Shown: in pieces, positions 9,898 through 21,458 of the stretch
Position numbering within the stretch: the stretch's first letter is position 1
How the letters are laid out: every line of letters begins with the position of its first letter
Origin: a bacterium
Lineage (GTDB): Bacteria; Zhuqueibacterota; Zhuqueibacteria; Oceanimicrobiales; Oceanimicrobiaceae
Reading direction: 5' to 3'
Length of the DNA: 64,000 bases
Assembly: GCA_046757025.1 (NCBI GenBank)
Contig: JBHHXN010000002.1
Span: forward strand, 1-64,000
Program-made: the position numbers and the translations under genes
Notes under the pieces: generated by a model
Databases searched by the model: none
Seen by the model: the letters and a program-made list of their open reading frames with translations, nothing else
What the model was told of the DNA's origin: nothing

Positions 9898-10457
9898 TTT
9901 ATTTCTTTTTTCCTTTTTTGAACGATGAATTTCTCCATAAAATTGTCGATGACCTTCACGCAGGTCGAGGGAATTTCATCTCTGGAGATGCTTAGAACTT
10001 CATGATTTAGAATAAGTCGGTAGCTGATCATCCACTCTGAAGTCATGTATTCTCTCATAAACTTGCCTTCCTCTGGCAGCACGGGTTTTTGATCATAGAC
10101 TTTGTAAAAAATTTCATTTTCAGCGGCTAATTTCACCACTTCCGGCGGAATGGTCTGCGTGGTCACCAACGAAACCATGATTCGGTCGTCATCCGGAATC
10201 TCCTGAACGGCCGCGTAAATCACAAAAACCGGCTGGTCTGACAAAACAAGATCCTTTGATTTGCGAACGGTTTCTCGAAAGCATCTTACAAATTCCATTT
10301 GCGCAGGCGACTTGTGGTCTTGCCGGGTCGTCATGAGGAGGTTGACTGTTAGTCCGGGGACCGCACTTTGAGTTTGCGCGGATAAAAAAACAGACCCGAA
10401 CAAAATACAAAGAAAAATTATCACAGCCACTGGCAGATACTGCTTTTTGCAAAACAT
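9894..10457 (-). CDS. Exported hypothetical protein
   Basis: Signal peptide, GGAGG upstream, and a 4-bp overlap with the next gene. Confidence 0.7.
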   Translation of the reverse strand: MFCKKQYLPVAVIIFLCILFGSVFLSAQTQSAVPGLTVNLLMTTRQDHKSPAQMEFVRCFRETVRKSKDLVLSDQPVFVIYAAVQEIPDDDRIMVSLVTTQTIPPEVVKLAAENEIFYKVYDQKPVLPEEGKFMREYMTSEWMISYRLILNHEVLSISRDEIPSTCVKVIDNFMEKFIVQKRKKEIK

Positions 10458-10583
10458 ATTTGACCTCCTGTTGTTAGGGTTAATAAATTACAAAAGCAAT
10501 ATCAAAGATGTAAATGGAGGATTCGCCTGTTTATTTTTACAGAAGTTGAACACGATTATACAGGGCAAAACACCTTTTTACCT

Positions 10584-12767
10584 CTACAACATGCCCTTTC
10601 GTTTGCGGATAAACCACTCGGCGCTCAACAACACCAGGCAGGTGATTAAAAGCAGCGGTTTGTTCCAGATTTCCCATTCGTTTTTAAGCGTTAAATATTT
10701 TTCTGGAAATTTCAGCTTACCGTTTAATTCCGCGAAGTCTGAAACCGTGTAAAATTCGCCGCCGCTTTCCAGCGCGATGCGCTTCAGCAACTCTTCACTC
10801 ATACGGGTGTTTTGGTATTCCAGGTTAAATTCTTCTACTGAGAATTTGCCGGAATCGCGGCCGAGCACCCGCCCCTGTAGATGCGCTGTGCCGGTAAATT
10901 GGTAGTCGCCGCCTTCCAGCACCTGAAAACGGCCATCATAACGGCCCTCTCCGATGCTTTCCAGTGTCAGCTCTTGGATTTCTTTTTCGCCCTGTAGTTG
11001 CACCACGACTTCGGCGCCGTCCACAGGCTGGTAATCTTCGAAATATACTTGCGCCTGAAACTTAACCTCTTCGCCGCTGCGGTAGATTTCTTTATTGGAA
11101 TTGACGCGAACCAGCTTGCTGTCCTCGGTGGTGATCAGCCAGCGAAGGGCATTTTGCAGAAACAACTGATAACTTTCATTGGTTTTACCCACTCCGCGCA
11201 TCAACAAATCCCAGCGCCAGATGCCGTACGCCAGGATGGTCAGCGATTTTCTGCGGCCGCTCATACGCGTAGCAAACACCGGCACCTGCCTTTTGCCGGA
11301 GCCGGCTGAGCGCCGTAAGTCCACTACCGTCAGGGATTGTGTGTTGGGGTGCAGAGAAACCGTTTTCAAATTCATAAAAACGGGAGGCAGCTCCTGCCAC
11401 TTTTCTCTGATTTCCATCTCGTCTTCTGCCAACCGTAGAATGGGATGCTGCACTCCCTGGGGTAAAATACGAACGTACACCGGCCGCTCCGCTCCGGGCA
11501 GTGGTTTTGTCGAAAACGGCAGATAGTCTTTCAACTCCCACAGTTTATCAAAATCCGTTGAAGCACCCAACATGAAAAGCGCCGGCTTACCCTGGGCCAA
11601 ATAATTTTTAATCAAATTCAGGTTGGAGCGATCGCTGGTGCGTCGAGGAAAATCTAAAAGAATCAAACAATCGAATTTCAAAAGCTGCTCTCTTACCGGC
11701 AAACGGGCATTCCCGTAAAAACGGCCGTTAAATTTCTCCACCATCGTTTGAACTTCCACGTTTTCATCGCCACTCAATGCGCGCTTTAAAAATAAAAAGT
11801 CGGCTCCGGGCCCACCGGCGATGAGCAAAACTCTGGCTTTGCTTTTGAGTACTTTAACGTAAAATGATTTGCTGTTGTTCAATTGCGTCAGCTCGCCTTC
11901 CAATTGCGGCAGTTTGATTTCATATTTAAAAAGCCCTTCCTTTTCCGGCACAAATTCAAATCGGACTTTTTGTTCAAGCCCATTGTCTGCCAGCGAGATC
12001 ATCTGGGAGTCCAACGGCTTCTTACCCTGAAACAAATTCACGGTGATCTTTTTCCCGGGAAATCCGCTGCTTTTGATGTAAACGTCAACTGGCATTTTCG
12101 CGCCGGCGTAGGCAATTTCGTTGGCCACGTAATTTGCAATCAACACATCTTTCTGTTCGGAGGCGTCTCCGATGGCGATGGGGTAGATGGGCACGCCATA
12201 AGTAGCCGCGAACCGCGCGGGATTTTCGCCAAGATTATTTGCGCCATCGGTGATCAGGATCACCGCTGAAAAGTACTTTTCGGACAACCGAGCTTTAAGC
12301 CCCTCGAGCGCCGCCCGGATATCCGTGCCGTCGCCGTTTAAAATCAGCGAATCGGGTGGGGTCCATGAGCCCTCAAATAATTCACTGCTAAAAGGAAAAA
12401 TTACCTTCTCGTATTCATCCGAGTCTTTTTGAATGAGCGGCGATTGCAGGATGTTCTGCAAGGCTTGTGCACGATCTCCCTTTTTATCCACCAAACTCAT
12501 GCTGGCAGATCGATCGATCAGCACCGCTGCCACGGGTTTTTCTTTCTTTTTGCGCGTAAGACTCAAAATGGGTTCGAAAAATAAAAAAATCACCAGCACC
12601 ACGACCAAGGCGCGCATGGCCATCAGCAGAAATCGCAAACCGTTCGAAATGGGCGGCACCGTTTTTCGATATACAAAATAACTTAAACCCGCAGCCAGGA
12701 TGATAAATAAAATCAGCAGAAACAGGCTGCCGTGGGTGTTCAAATTGAATTCTGTCAGATTAGCCAA
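10584..12767 (-). CDS. Membrane-anchored vWA-domain protein
   Basis: Two N-terminal TM helices, MIDAS 'DRSASM', 'LITDG', and C-terminal 'AEWFIRKRKGML'. Confidence 0.85.
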   Translation of the reverse strand: MANLTEFNLNTHGSLFLLILFIILAAGLSYFVYRKTVPPISNGLRFLLMAMRALVVVLVIFLFFEPILSLTRKKKEKPVAAVLIDRSASMSLVDKKGDRAQALQNILQSPLIQKDSDEYEKVIFPFSSELFEGSWTPPDSLILNGDGTDIRAALEGLKARLSEKYFSAVILITDGANNLGENPARFAATYGVPIYPIAIGDASEQKDVLIANYVANEIAYAGAKMPVDVYIKSSGFPGKKITVNLFQGKKPLDSQMISLADNGLEQKVRFEFVPEKEGLFKYEIKLPQLEGELTQLNNSKSFYVKVLKSKARVLLIAGGPGADFLFLKRALSGDENVEVQTMVEKFNGRFYGNARLPVREQLLKFDCLILLDFPRRTSDRSNLNLIKNYLAQGKPALFMLGASTDFDKLWELKDYLPFSTKPLPGAERPVYVRILPQGVQHPILRLAEDEMEIREKWQELPPVFMNLKTVSLHPNTQSLTVVDLRRSAGSGKRQVPVFATRMSGRRKSLTILAYGIWRWDLLMRGVGKTNESYQLFLQNALRWLITTEDSKLVRVNSNKEIYRSGEEVKFQAQVYFEDYQPVDGAEVVVQLQGEKEIQELTLESIGEGRYDGRFQVLEGGDYQFTGTAHLQGRVLGRDSGKFSVEEFNLEYQNTRMSEELLKRIALESGGEFYTVSDFAELNGKLKFPEKYLTLKNEWEIWNKPLLLITCLVLLSAEWFIRKRKGML

Positions 12768-12864
12768 ACGAAAAACCCATCCTTGATTTATATTTTAAAT
12801 AACGTTTAATGGTGCTGAAAGGTATAATTTAACTAGCATGTATTTCCATCAGCCGCCAGCGCCA

Positions 12865-13866
12865 CTAAAGTGAAAGCGAAGGTCTGGGGCTCAGATCAAA
12901 CTCCGAGGTTTGACCCTTTTCCAGATAAAATTTTCCGGCCCGGGCGATCATGGCGCCGTTGTCGGTGCAAAAAACCGGCGGCGGATAAAAGAGCTTGAAT
13001 TTATGTTTTTCACATTCACGCTGTAGTCTTTCCCGCAAGTAAGCATTGCAAGCCACGCCGCCGGCCAGGGCTAATTGCTGGAGCTGAGTTTGTTTGAGGG
13101 CTATTATGCTCTTTTCAACCAAAACCTCTACCGCGGCTTTTTGAAAACTGGCCGCAATATCCGCCCGGTGTTTTACCCGGTCCGCAGGGGGCAACGATTG
13201 CAAATGGTACAATACGGCGGTCTTTAAACCGCTGTAACTAAAATCCAAAAGCCGGCCTTTTATTTTTGCTTTGGGAAAATTTAAATAGTCTGAATCGCCA
13301 GACTGCGCCAGATCTTGAATGGCCGGTCCCCCCGGATAGGGCAGCTCCAGCATTTTTGCGACTTTATCGAATGCTTCGCCTGCGGCATCGTCGCGTGTTT
13401 TGCCCAAGATTTGATATTTGCCCCATTTTTCCACGTGCACCAACTGCGTGTGTCCGCCAGAAATGATCAGGGTAAGAAACGGCGGAGTCGGGCCCGGCTC
13501 AAAAATCGAGTTGGAGAAAAGGTGCCCTTCCAGATGATTGATTCCAATAAACGGCAACTCGAGCGCGCAGGCCATGGCCTTGGCAAAATTTAAACCCACC
13601 AGCAGCGACCCGGCCAAACCGGGACCATACGTCACGGCAAGTCCATCCAACTGATTTTTTGTGATGCCGGCCTCTTTAAGGGCGGATTTCGTCATGGGCA
13701 AAATGAGCTGAACATGCGCTCGGGATGCCAGTTCCGGCACCACGCCGCCGAAGCTCGTGTGCACTGCCTGCGAACCGATCTGATTGGAACCGAGATGGTC
13801 GTCCAACCAGACCGCCGCCGCGGTTTCGTCGCACGAAGTTTCTATTCCCAGTATTTTCATCTTCAA
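12865..13866 (-). CDS. tsaD: tRNA N6-adenosine threonylcarbamoyltransferase
   Basis: 'ILGIETSCDET', 'GGVVPELASRAH', 'HLEGH', 'SGGHT', 'DDAAGEAFDK', 'CTDNGAMIA'. Confidence 0.97.
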   Translation of the reverse strand: MKMKILGIETSCDETAAAVWLDDHLGSNQIGSQAVHTSFGGVVPELASRAHVQLILPMTKSALKEAGITKNQLDGLAVTYGPGLAGSLLVGLNFAKAMACALELPFIGINHLEGHLFSNSIFEPGPTPPFLTLIISGGHTQLVHVEKWGKYQILGKTRDDAAGEAFDKVAKMLELPYPGGPAIQDLAQSGDSDYLNFPKAKIKGRLLDFSYSGLKTAVLYHLQSLPPADRVKHRADIAASFQKAAVEVLVEKSIIALKQTQLQQLALAGGVACNAYLRERLQRECEKHKFKLFYPPPVFCTDNGAMIARAGKFYLEKGQTSEFDLSPRPSLSL

Positions 13867-15215
13867 AAAGTCATGAAAAGATCCACAATAAACTGACCCT
13901 GCCAGTCCTCATTAAATCCATATTCCAATCTCAAAATATTCTGATACGGCAAAAAGACATGCAATCCGGCGCCCCATCCTGAAATGAAAGTATTTTTAGC
14001 TAAAGTATCTTCCTGAAGCCAAATGGCGCCGGTATCAAAAAACAGGCCGGCGCTGACCCCGAAGCGAAAATTCGAACCGTAGCTGCCCATGGATTGAAAC
14101 GGTCCCCAGTTGTGATAAGTGATCTTTCGAATGGGGAAGCGAAACTCCGCGCTGCCCAGCAACAAATTTTCGCCGGCAATTCTCTCAGAAAAATGGCCGC
14201 GAATGCGCGTCAAAAATCCAAAATGAACCTGCTCATAAATGGGAATGGCGCCGGTGGACAAATTAGCGGCGCCGCGGAACGCCAGAGTGGTGGCGCCGAT
14301 AGGAATATATTTGCGCACATCCATGCCAAATCGTGCATAATCCACCACGTTGCCAAACCAGCCGGTTTTTTGCGCCCAGATGTTGACATAATGTCCGCGA
14401 TGAGCGTACTCCCACAAATCGCGTTTGTCGTTGGTAAACGAGAATCCGAGATGCGGCAGCCGATCTTTGCCAGAAGCCGACAAGGTGCTGGCCGAATCCC
14501 GTGGTGAAAGGGTGAGCTGTTTGTATCCGAGGTTTAGATCGACATAGGTGAAATGCCCAAACCGTTTGCCGATCCGCCAATTAACACCGATCTGATTTTC
14601 GTTGATTTCCGGCAAAGTCGGATCCGAGGTGGAGCTGCGGTTGCGCACCCTTTTTGCAAAAATGGAAATACTGGTATAAAATTTCATAGGTCCCATAATC
14701 CAAGGATTGCTGTAAACCAACCTCACCGAGGGATTAAAACCCAACCAGAATGAAAAATCGATGGTTTCGCGGCGGCCGCGGAAGTTGTTGTGCAGCAAGC
14801 CGGCCCCCACTGAAATGCGCCCCCAGTCACGGTCATTGCGAAAAATGATGGGATAGGGGAAAATGTACCACATCTCCGTGACCGTGACCACCAGGATCAC
14901 ACCGCGGTTGGTAGGCACCATATCGATCTCCACCCGGTTAAAAATACCGAGATTTTGAATGCGCAAGCGGTCGCCCTCGGCCACCTCTTCATCGTATTGG
15001 TCGCCCGCCTGTAATTTCATTTCGCGTAAAATGATTTCTTCTTTGGTTTTTTCATTACCCTGAACAATGATGGCTAAAATATCGAATGATTTCTGCACAA
15101 AACTGCTGTCCGGAAGATACTGAAAATCCTGAGCGTTTAATGACTGATGGTAAAACAAAACCCAAAGGGGGATGCAAGCAATCAAATTTTTGAGGCAGGG
15201 TAAATTATTGAGCAT
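13863..15215 (-). CDS. Omp85 (BamA/TamA-like) outer membrane protein with a POTRA domain
   Basis: 'GNEKTKEEIILREM' POTRA motif, 'NFRGR', 'AEFRFP', 'FFDTG', terminal Phe. Confidence 0.85.
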   Translation of the reverse strand: MLNNLPCLKNLIACIPLWVLFYHQSLNAQDFQYLPDSSFVQKSFDILAIIVQGNEKTKEEIILREMKLQAGDQYDEEVAEGDRLRIQNLGIFNRVEIDMVPTNRGVILVVTVTEMWYIFPYPIIFRNDRDWGRISVGAGLLHNNFRGRRETIDFSFWLGFNPSVRLVYSNPWIMGPMKFYTSISIFAKRVRNRSSTSDPTLPEINENQIGVNWRIGKRFGHFTYVDLNLGYKQLTLSPRDSASTLSASGKDRLPHLGFSFTNDKRDLWEYAHRGHYVNIWAQKTGWFGNVVDYARFGMDVRKYIPIGATTLAFRGAANLSTGAIPIYEQVHFGFLTRIRGHFSERIAGENLLLGSAEFRFPIRKITYHNWGPFQSMGSYGSNFRFGVSAGLFFDTGAIWLQEDTLAKNTFISGWGAGLHVFLPYQNILRLEYGFNEDWQGQFIVDLFMTF

Positions 15216-15262
15216 GAAAAATCACATCAAAGAAATCATTCGTATCTGATTAAGGCTGGTAG

Positions 15263-15395
15263 TGGGGCAGTCCCAAAGATTCCAAACGGCCCAAGATTTC
15301 GTGCGAAGAGGAGTCGAAACAAGACTTTTTTTTCAATTTACGATGCCCTTCGACTCCGAGCTAGGTGAAGAAATTCGACTTTTGGGACAGCCGCA
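15263..15395. mobile_element. MITE-like element with IS1182/IS5-like ends
   Basis: Imperfect TIRs GGGGCAGTCCCAAA (15264-15277) and TTTGGGACAGCCGC (15381-15394), 12/14 complementary. Internal GGAGTCGAA/TTCGACTCC stem; no credible CDS. Confidence 0.55.
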
Positions 15396-15398
15396 TCA

Positions 15399-16670
15399 TC
15401 AAAATTTTTCTAACAATCTAAAAGTTACACGAAAGTCGTTGTCGGAACGATCCAATCGTTTTGCCACATCCAGGCGAAAAACCCCTTCGAGCAACAGAAT
15501 CGACAAGCCGATGTTGGTTTTCAGGTTGTCGAACGTGAGCTTCCCAAAGCCGTCCCACAATCCGTCGTTCAAGTTGCCGGTGTTCCACGCCCAGCCGGTG
15601 TCCAGAAACACGCCGAGTGAAAGGGTGGTCCAAAAAGCACCCAAATAGGGCACGTTTTGCAGGGGAATTTTTTGCAGGACATCGCCGCTGAACAGGTAAT
15701 TGGCATTCAACATAAACATGCGGTTGCCGGTGAATTCTTTATCATCAAAGCCGCGCAAACTGCCGATGCCGCCGATATCGATGGTATATTGATCGGCCAA
15801 ACTCGTGCGCAAGGAATCGCCGGCGCTGGTTTTACCGGCCGCGGCATCGTCGCCGCGGCGAGCGCCGATCATGGCACGCACATTAACCCGTTGATTGCCA
15901 AAAGTTTGATGAAATCGTTTGACGGTCAAAAACAACCCGTCGGTGTGGAAGTCTTCAATAGTGCGCTCATAAATGGCCTCTACAAACCAGCCGCTCAAAG
16001 GGAAAATCGGATTGTCGCGCCAGTCAAATGCAGAGATAAATTTGAACCCGATTTCATCGCCTTCCACCAAAAACGAATTGGGACGAGTGGGATTGCTGTC
16101 AAAATCTCCTTTGAACAAACTCCAGTTGATGTTGCGTTTGAAAGCGTCAAAGGTTCGGCGTTCCACTTCAAAGCGCAGGGTGTGCACGCCTTTGAAGCGA
16201 TGATCCACAAACACTTTGAAACCGTGACTGCCATAGTAATCTTTGTAATCTTCCCGAAACAGCAGGGAAGCCAGAGTGTTCTCGACATTGCCCACGGTCC
16301 AGTCATCCTCCGATTCCACCTGCCGAAACACCTCTGCTCCAAAACTCAATCGCTCGAATTCAAAAAAATCTTTGCGGAATCCGGCAGTAAAGCGCACCTG
16401 TTTGTTGGCCTGGTTCCAGAAGCCGCCGCCAATGTCGCCATAAAATATAACCTGCGACATGGATTGCGGACGCCATCTGGCGCCAATGTTCAAAAAGACC
16501 CCTTCAACTCGATTGTATCTCGGAGTCCAATAAAACGACAGCGGCTTTTCTAATTCGAAATTGCGATTATCGTCCACGACATCGTAGCTAAACTGGGCGC
16601 GCAGAGGAGAGCTTAAAGACAGGGCGATGACGGCACATGCCATGAATAGACCACTGCGGTGTTTTATCAT
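15399..16670 (-). CDS. Omp85-like outer membrane beta-barrel protein
   Basis: Signal peptide, 'RYNRVEG', 'SLRGF..KEFTGN', 'FLDTG', terminal Phe. Confidence 0.75.
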   Translation of the reverse strand: MIKHRSGLFMACAVIALSLSSPLRAQFSYDVVDDNRNFELEKPLSFYWTPRYNRVEGVFLNIGARWRPQSMSQVIFYGDIGGGFWNQANKQVRFTAGFRKDFFEFERLSFGAEVFRQVESEDDWTVGNVENTLASLLFREDYKDYYGSHGFKVFVDHRFKGVHTLRFEVERRTFDAFKRNINWSLFKGDFDSNPTRPNSFLVEGDEIGFKFISAFDWRDNPIFPLSGWFVEAIYERTIEDFHTDGLFLTVKRFHQTFGNQRVNVRAMIGARRGDDAAAGKTSAGDSLRTSLADQYTIDIGGIGSLRGFDDKEFTGNRMFMLNANYLFSGDVLQKIPLQNVPYLGAFWTTLSLGVFLDTGWAWNTGNLNDGLWDGFGKLTFDNLKTNIGLSILLLEGVFRLDVAKRLDRSDNDFRVTFRLLEKF

Positions 16671-16874
16671 TCATCCTCCATCAAGTACGCAAATAATTTG
16701 TGATTTAAAAATACGCTTCATCACGACGGCCGTTCTCAATTTTGAGCAGTTAAAGTAAAAAAAAATAGAATTAGAAGCAAGGAGTATTTACGACACTCAG
16801 GGAAGAAATGAACTTGCATTTTGGACGCCTATTCAAACCGATAAAAAAATCTTTCTTGGGTTTGCGATTGCATG

Positions 16875-17585
16875 TCAAACAAAGCTGGCACCAAGGATTC
16901 CCAAAAATCCGATCAAAAAACATATCGGTACGCGATAGTCCTGATTGTTTTCGTGCGCCAGGGGTAGCAGATCGCTGGTGGAGATATAGAGGAAGGTACC
17001 CCCGGAAAGACCCACCGCCAGGCTCAGAAAGAATGGCTGCTGAAGAGGAATCACGACCCCAATAAAAGCGCCCACCACGGCCAGCACCGCAATCAAGCTC
17101 AGGTTTAACCAGGCTCTGGAATTGTGGTAATCGTGAGAAAGCATGATGGAAGTGGTGGAGATGCCGGTAGGCAGGCGGTGCAGTATCACCGCCACAATCA
17201 CAAGCAGACCCAAGGTCTTTTCAAATTCAAAGCTCACCGCAATGGCAAAACCATCCAGAAAGCTGTGGAATCCCAAGCCAAACAACGCAGATTTTCCGAA
17301 ATGATGCACGTGGCAATCGTGCTCGCGGCAAGCATGCACCATGGCCAGCTTTTCATACCCGTAAAGCGCCACAAAACCCAGGCTGACGGTCAACATGGCC
17401 CAGCGACCGCCTTCGGCAAAACTTTCCACGATCATGTGGTTCAGGCCGGTGGATAGCAGCACACCCGCAGAAAACGCCACCAACAGGGTTAAATGCTTTT
17501 CGGTGAATTTTTTGTGCAAAAGGGGGATACCGCCGCCAATGATGGTAGCGCCTGCAGCTAAAATGGAATAAAAAATTGCGGTCAT
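16875..17585 (-). CDS. ZIP-family metal transporter
   Basis: 'FSAGVLL', His-rich loop, 'HSFLDG', 'ILHRLP', 'GTFLYI...DLLP'. Confidence 0.9.
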   Translation of the reverse strand: MTAIFYSILAAGATIIGGGIPLLHKKFTEKHLTLLVAFSAGVLLSTGLNHMIVESFAEGGRWAMLTVSLGFVALYGYEKLAMVHACREHDCHVHHFGKSALFGLGFHSFLDGFAIAVSFEFEKTLGLLVIVAVILHRLPTGISTTSIMLSHDYHNSRAWLNLSLIAVLAVVGAFIGVVIPLQQPFFLSLAVGLSGGTFLYISTSDLLPLAHENNQDYRVPICFLIGFLGILGASFV

Positions 17586-17601
17586 GTTTTGTTTTTGAAA
17601 T

Positions 17602-19743
<2,142 letters not shown>

Positions 19744-19775
19744 TTGAAATTCTGCCCTGTTTCTTAAATGGAAAA

Positions 19776-20138
19776 TTACTCCCGTGAATGCGCCATGGCC
19801 ACCTCAATCAAATCATTGATATGGGTATCGTCTAATGAATAATAAGCTATTTTACCTTCACGGCGAAATTTCACCAGGCGCATGGTTTTCAACAAACGCA
19901 ATTGATGCGAAATGGCCGAGCGGCTCACCCCCAACAATGTGGCTAGATCACAGCAGCACAATTCCGCCTCTTTCAAGGCCAGCAGGATTTTAAGTCGAGT
20001 GGGATCGCTGAGCAGCTTGAAAGTTTCGGTTAGATGAAATATATCCTGGTTTGCCGCTATTTTTTTTTCGACGAACCGGACTTTCGCTTCGTCAACATAA
20101 AAAATGTTACAATTTACGTTTGTTTCCATTTTATTCAC
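19776..20138 (-). CDS. ArsR/SmtB/CadC-family metalloregulator
   Basis: 'LSDPTRLKIL', 'ELCCCDLA', 'SAISHQLRLL', 'YYSLDDTHI'. Confidence 0.93.
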   Translation of the reverse strand: MNKMETNVNCNIFYVDEAKVRFVEKKIAANQDIFHLTETFKLLSDPTRLKILLALKEAELCCCDLATLLGVSRSAISHQLRLLKTMRLVKFRREGKIAYYSLDDTHINDLIEVAMAHSRE

Positions 20139-20151
20139 GAATTAATTACAA

Positions 20152-20205
20152 ACGATTGAGCAATCATTAAATCGTAAATATAAGTGATTCTCTCTTGAAG
20201 GTCAA
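20152..20205 (-). promoter_or_regulatory. Promoter with adjacent SmtB/CadC-type operator
   Basis: Minus strand TTGACC (20205-20200), 17 nt, TATATT (20182-20177). Imperfect palindrome ACGATTGAGCAA|TCATTAAATCGT (20152-20175) lies just downstream of -10. Confidence 0.7.
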
Positions 20206-20277
20206 GCAAAATTTGTAAAACAGGTAAACCAGTCGAAAGGGTTGAATTGCTTTGAAAAATCCAGATAAAAAATGCAG

Positions 20278-21024
20278 TTACGCATTCAATTTAACCTCGC
20301 GCTCCACTGGCTCGAGCACTTCCGGAAAATCGTTGCGGGGATTGTTCACCGCCGTCGACACCGGAAAACAGCGCATTGCTTCCGACGGGTAGGGAGTGAT
20401 CAATTCGTGCAGCAATTGAAAATCCGTGACGGCATTATCCAGCCAGATTCTCTCGGTTTCGCGGGTCAGGATAAACGGCATACGCGGGTGGACTTTTTTA
20501 ACCAGTTTATTGGCTGGCAGGGTGATGATAGAGCAACTGTAATAAGGCTTTTTTTCTGCATCCAGCCAGACAGAATAAATGCCTCCCAGAGTCATCAGCT
20601 CCCCGTTTCGCAGCTCGAATTTAAACGGCACGCGCTTGATTTCTTTTTTCTTGCGGCCGGTTTTGGGATTGATTTTATCTTCTTCCACTCTTAAAAATTC
20701 GAAAAAATTATTCACGGGAATGGCACAGCGGTTTTGTTTCAACAACGTCTGTTTGTATCCTTTCTTTTCAAACGATTCCACCGTGGAATTGAAGGCGGTG
20801 TAGGGTGATTTGAACTCTTTGGACCATGAGGGAATGAGCTGCCAGAACATGGGTATCATGCGGTTGTGATTATTTTCATCCGACAAAATCGCCGGAATGT
20901 TTCTGAACGGCCCAATATTAAACGAGGGGGGATATTCAGTTTCCTCCGGAAGGGGAAATCCGAAGCGCTCTTCAAATTCTTCCGGTGTCATTTTGTAACC
21001 GTAAAGTGAAAATCGTCCGCACAT
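20278..21024 (-). CDS. SOS response-associated peptidase (SRAP/YedK/HMCES family)
   Basis: Starts 'MCGRF' at ATG 21024 (catalytic Cys2); 'FNIGP', 'RCAIP..FFEF', 'HPRMP', 'VSTAVNNPRND'. Confidence 0.93.
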   Translation of the reverse strand: MCGRFSLYGYKMTPEEFEERFGFPLPEETEYPPSFNIGPFRNIPAILSDENNHNRMIPMFWQLIPSWSKEFKSPYTAFNSTVESFEKKGYKQTLLKQNRCAIPVNNFFEFLRVEEDKINPKTGRKKKEIKRVPFKFELRNGELMTLGGIYSVWLDAEKKPYYSCSIITLPANKLVKKVHPRMPFILTRETERIWLDNAVTDFQLLHELITPYPSEAMRCFPVSTAVNNPRNDFPEVLEPVEREVKLNA

Positions 21025-21037
21025 AAGCAACTAAATA

Positions 21038-21170
21038 TTAGATAAATGAAAACGGTCTCACCCTTACCCGAAGACCTCCCGGCCGAGGGTGAATCCCTGC
21101 TCAACTCAGCGGAATGCCGTCGAATAAGAAATTAATATCGCGTATTTTCAAGTTTTCGTTCAATCACTAA
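21038..21170 (+). repeat. Structured TIR element family, copy A (no insert, degenerate)
   Basis: Core 'CCCGAAGACCTCCCGGCCGAGGGTGAATCCCTGCTCAACTCAGCGG'; right end GTTTTCGTTCAATCACTAA. Confidence 0.75.
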
Positions 21171-21458
21171 ATAAACATAATAGAGTTAGAATGCAACAGA
21201 AGATTTTTCTTTCAGCTTGTTTTTTTTCTTGACAATGGCCATGGAATTTTTAGTTTTATCTGCTGCATCTTTGATATCTACCTCACACGTTCAAACCCTC
21301 ATCCTCCAGGGCACAAAGTCGTCTTAACTTCGAATGACAACACACGATTAAGAAAAGCAGCCCGGTTCAACAAAATATTCTGTCTCCCAACCATTTGAAT
21401 CATTATTCAAAACCGGATAAATAACGTTTGTGAATACCATTTTAAGGGAGGGAACGTC

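Noticed and set aside
15657..16553. Long antisense ORFs (for example 15657-16553, 18253-18885, 21639-22331, 32392-33045)
   Set aside because: They are shadows of well-supported genes on the opposite strand.
20278..21024. SRAP gene as a marker of a prophage or mutagenesis cassette
   Set aside because: No umuDC, imuAB, dnaE2 or phage genes are adjacent.
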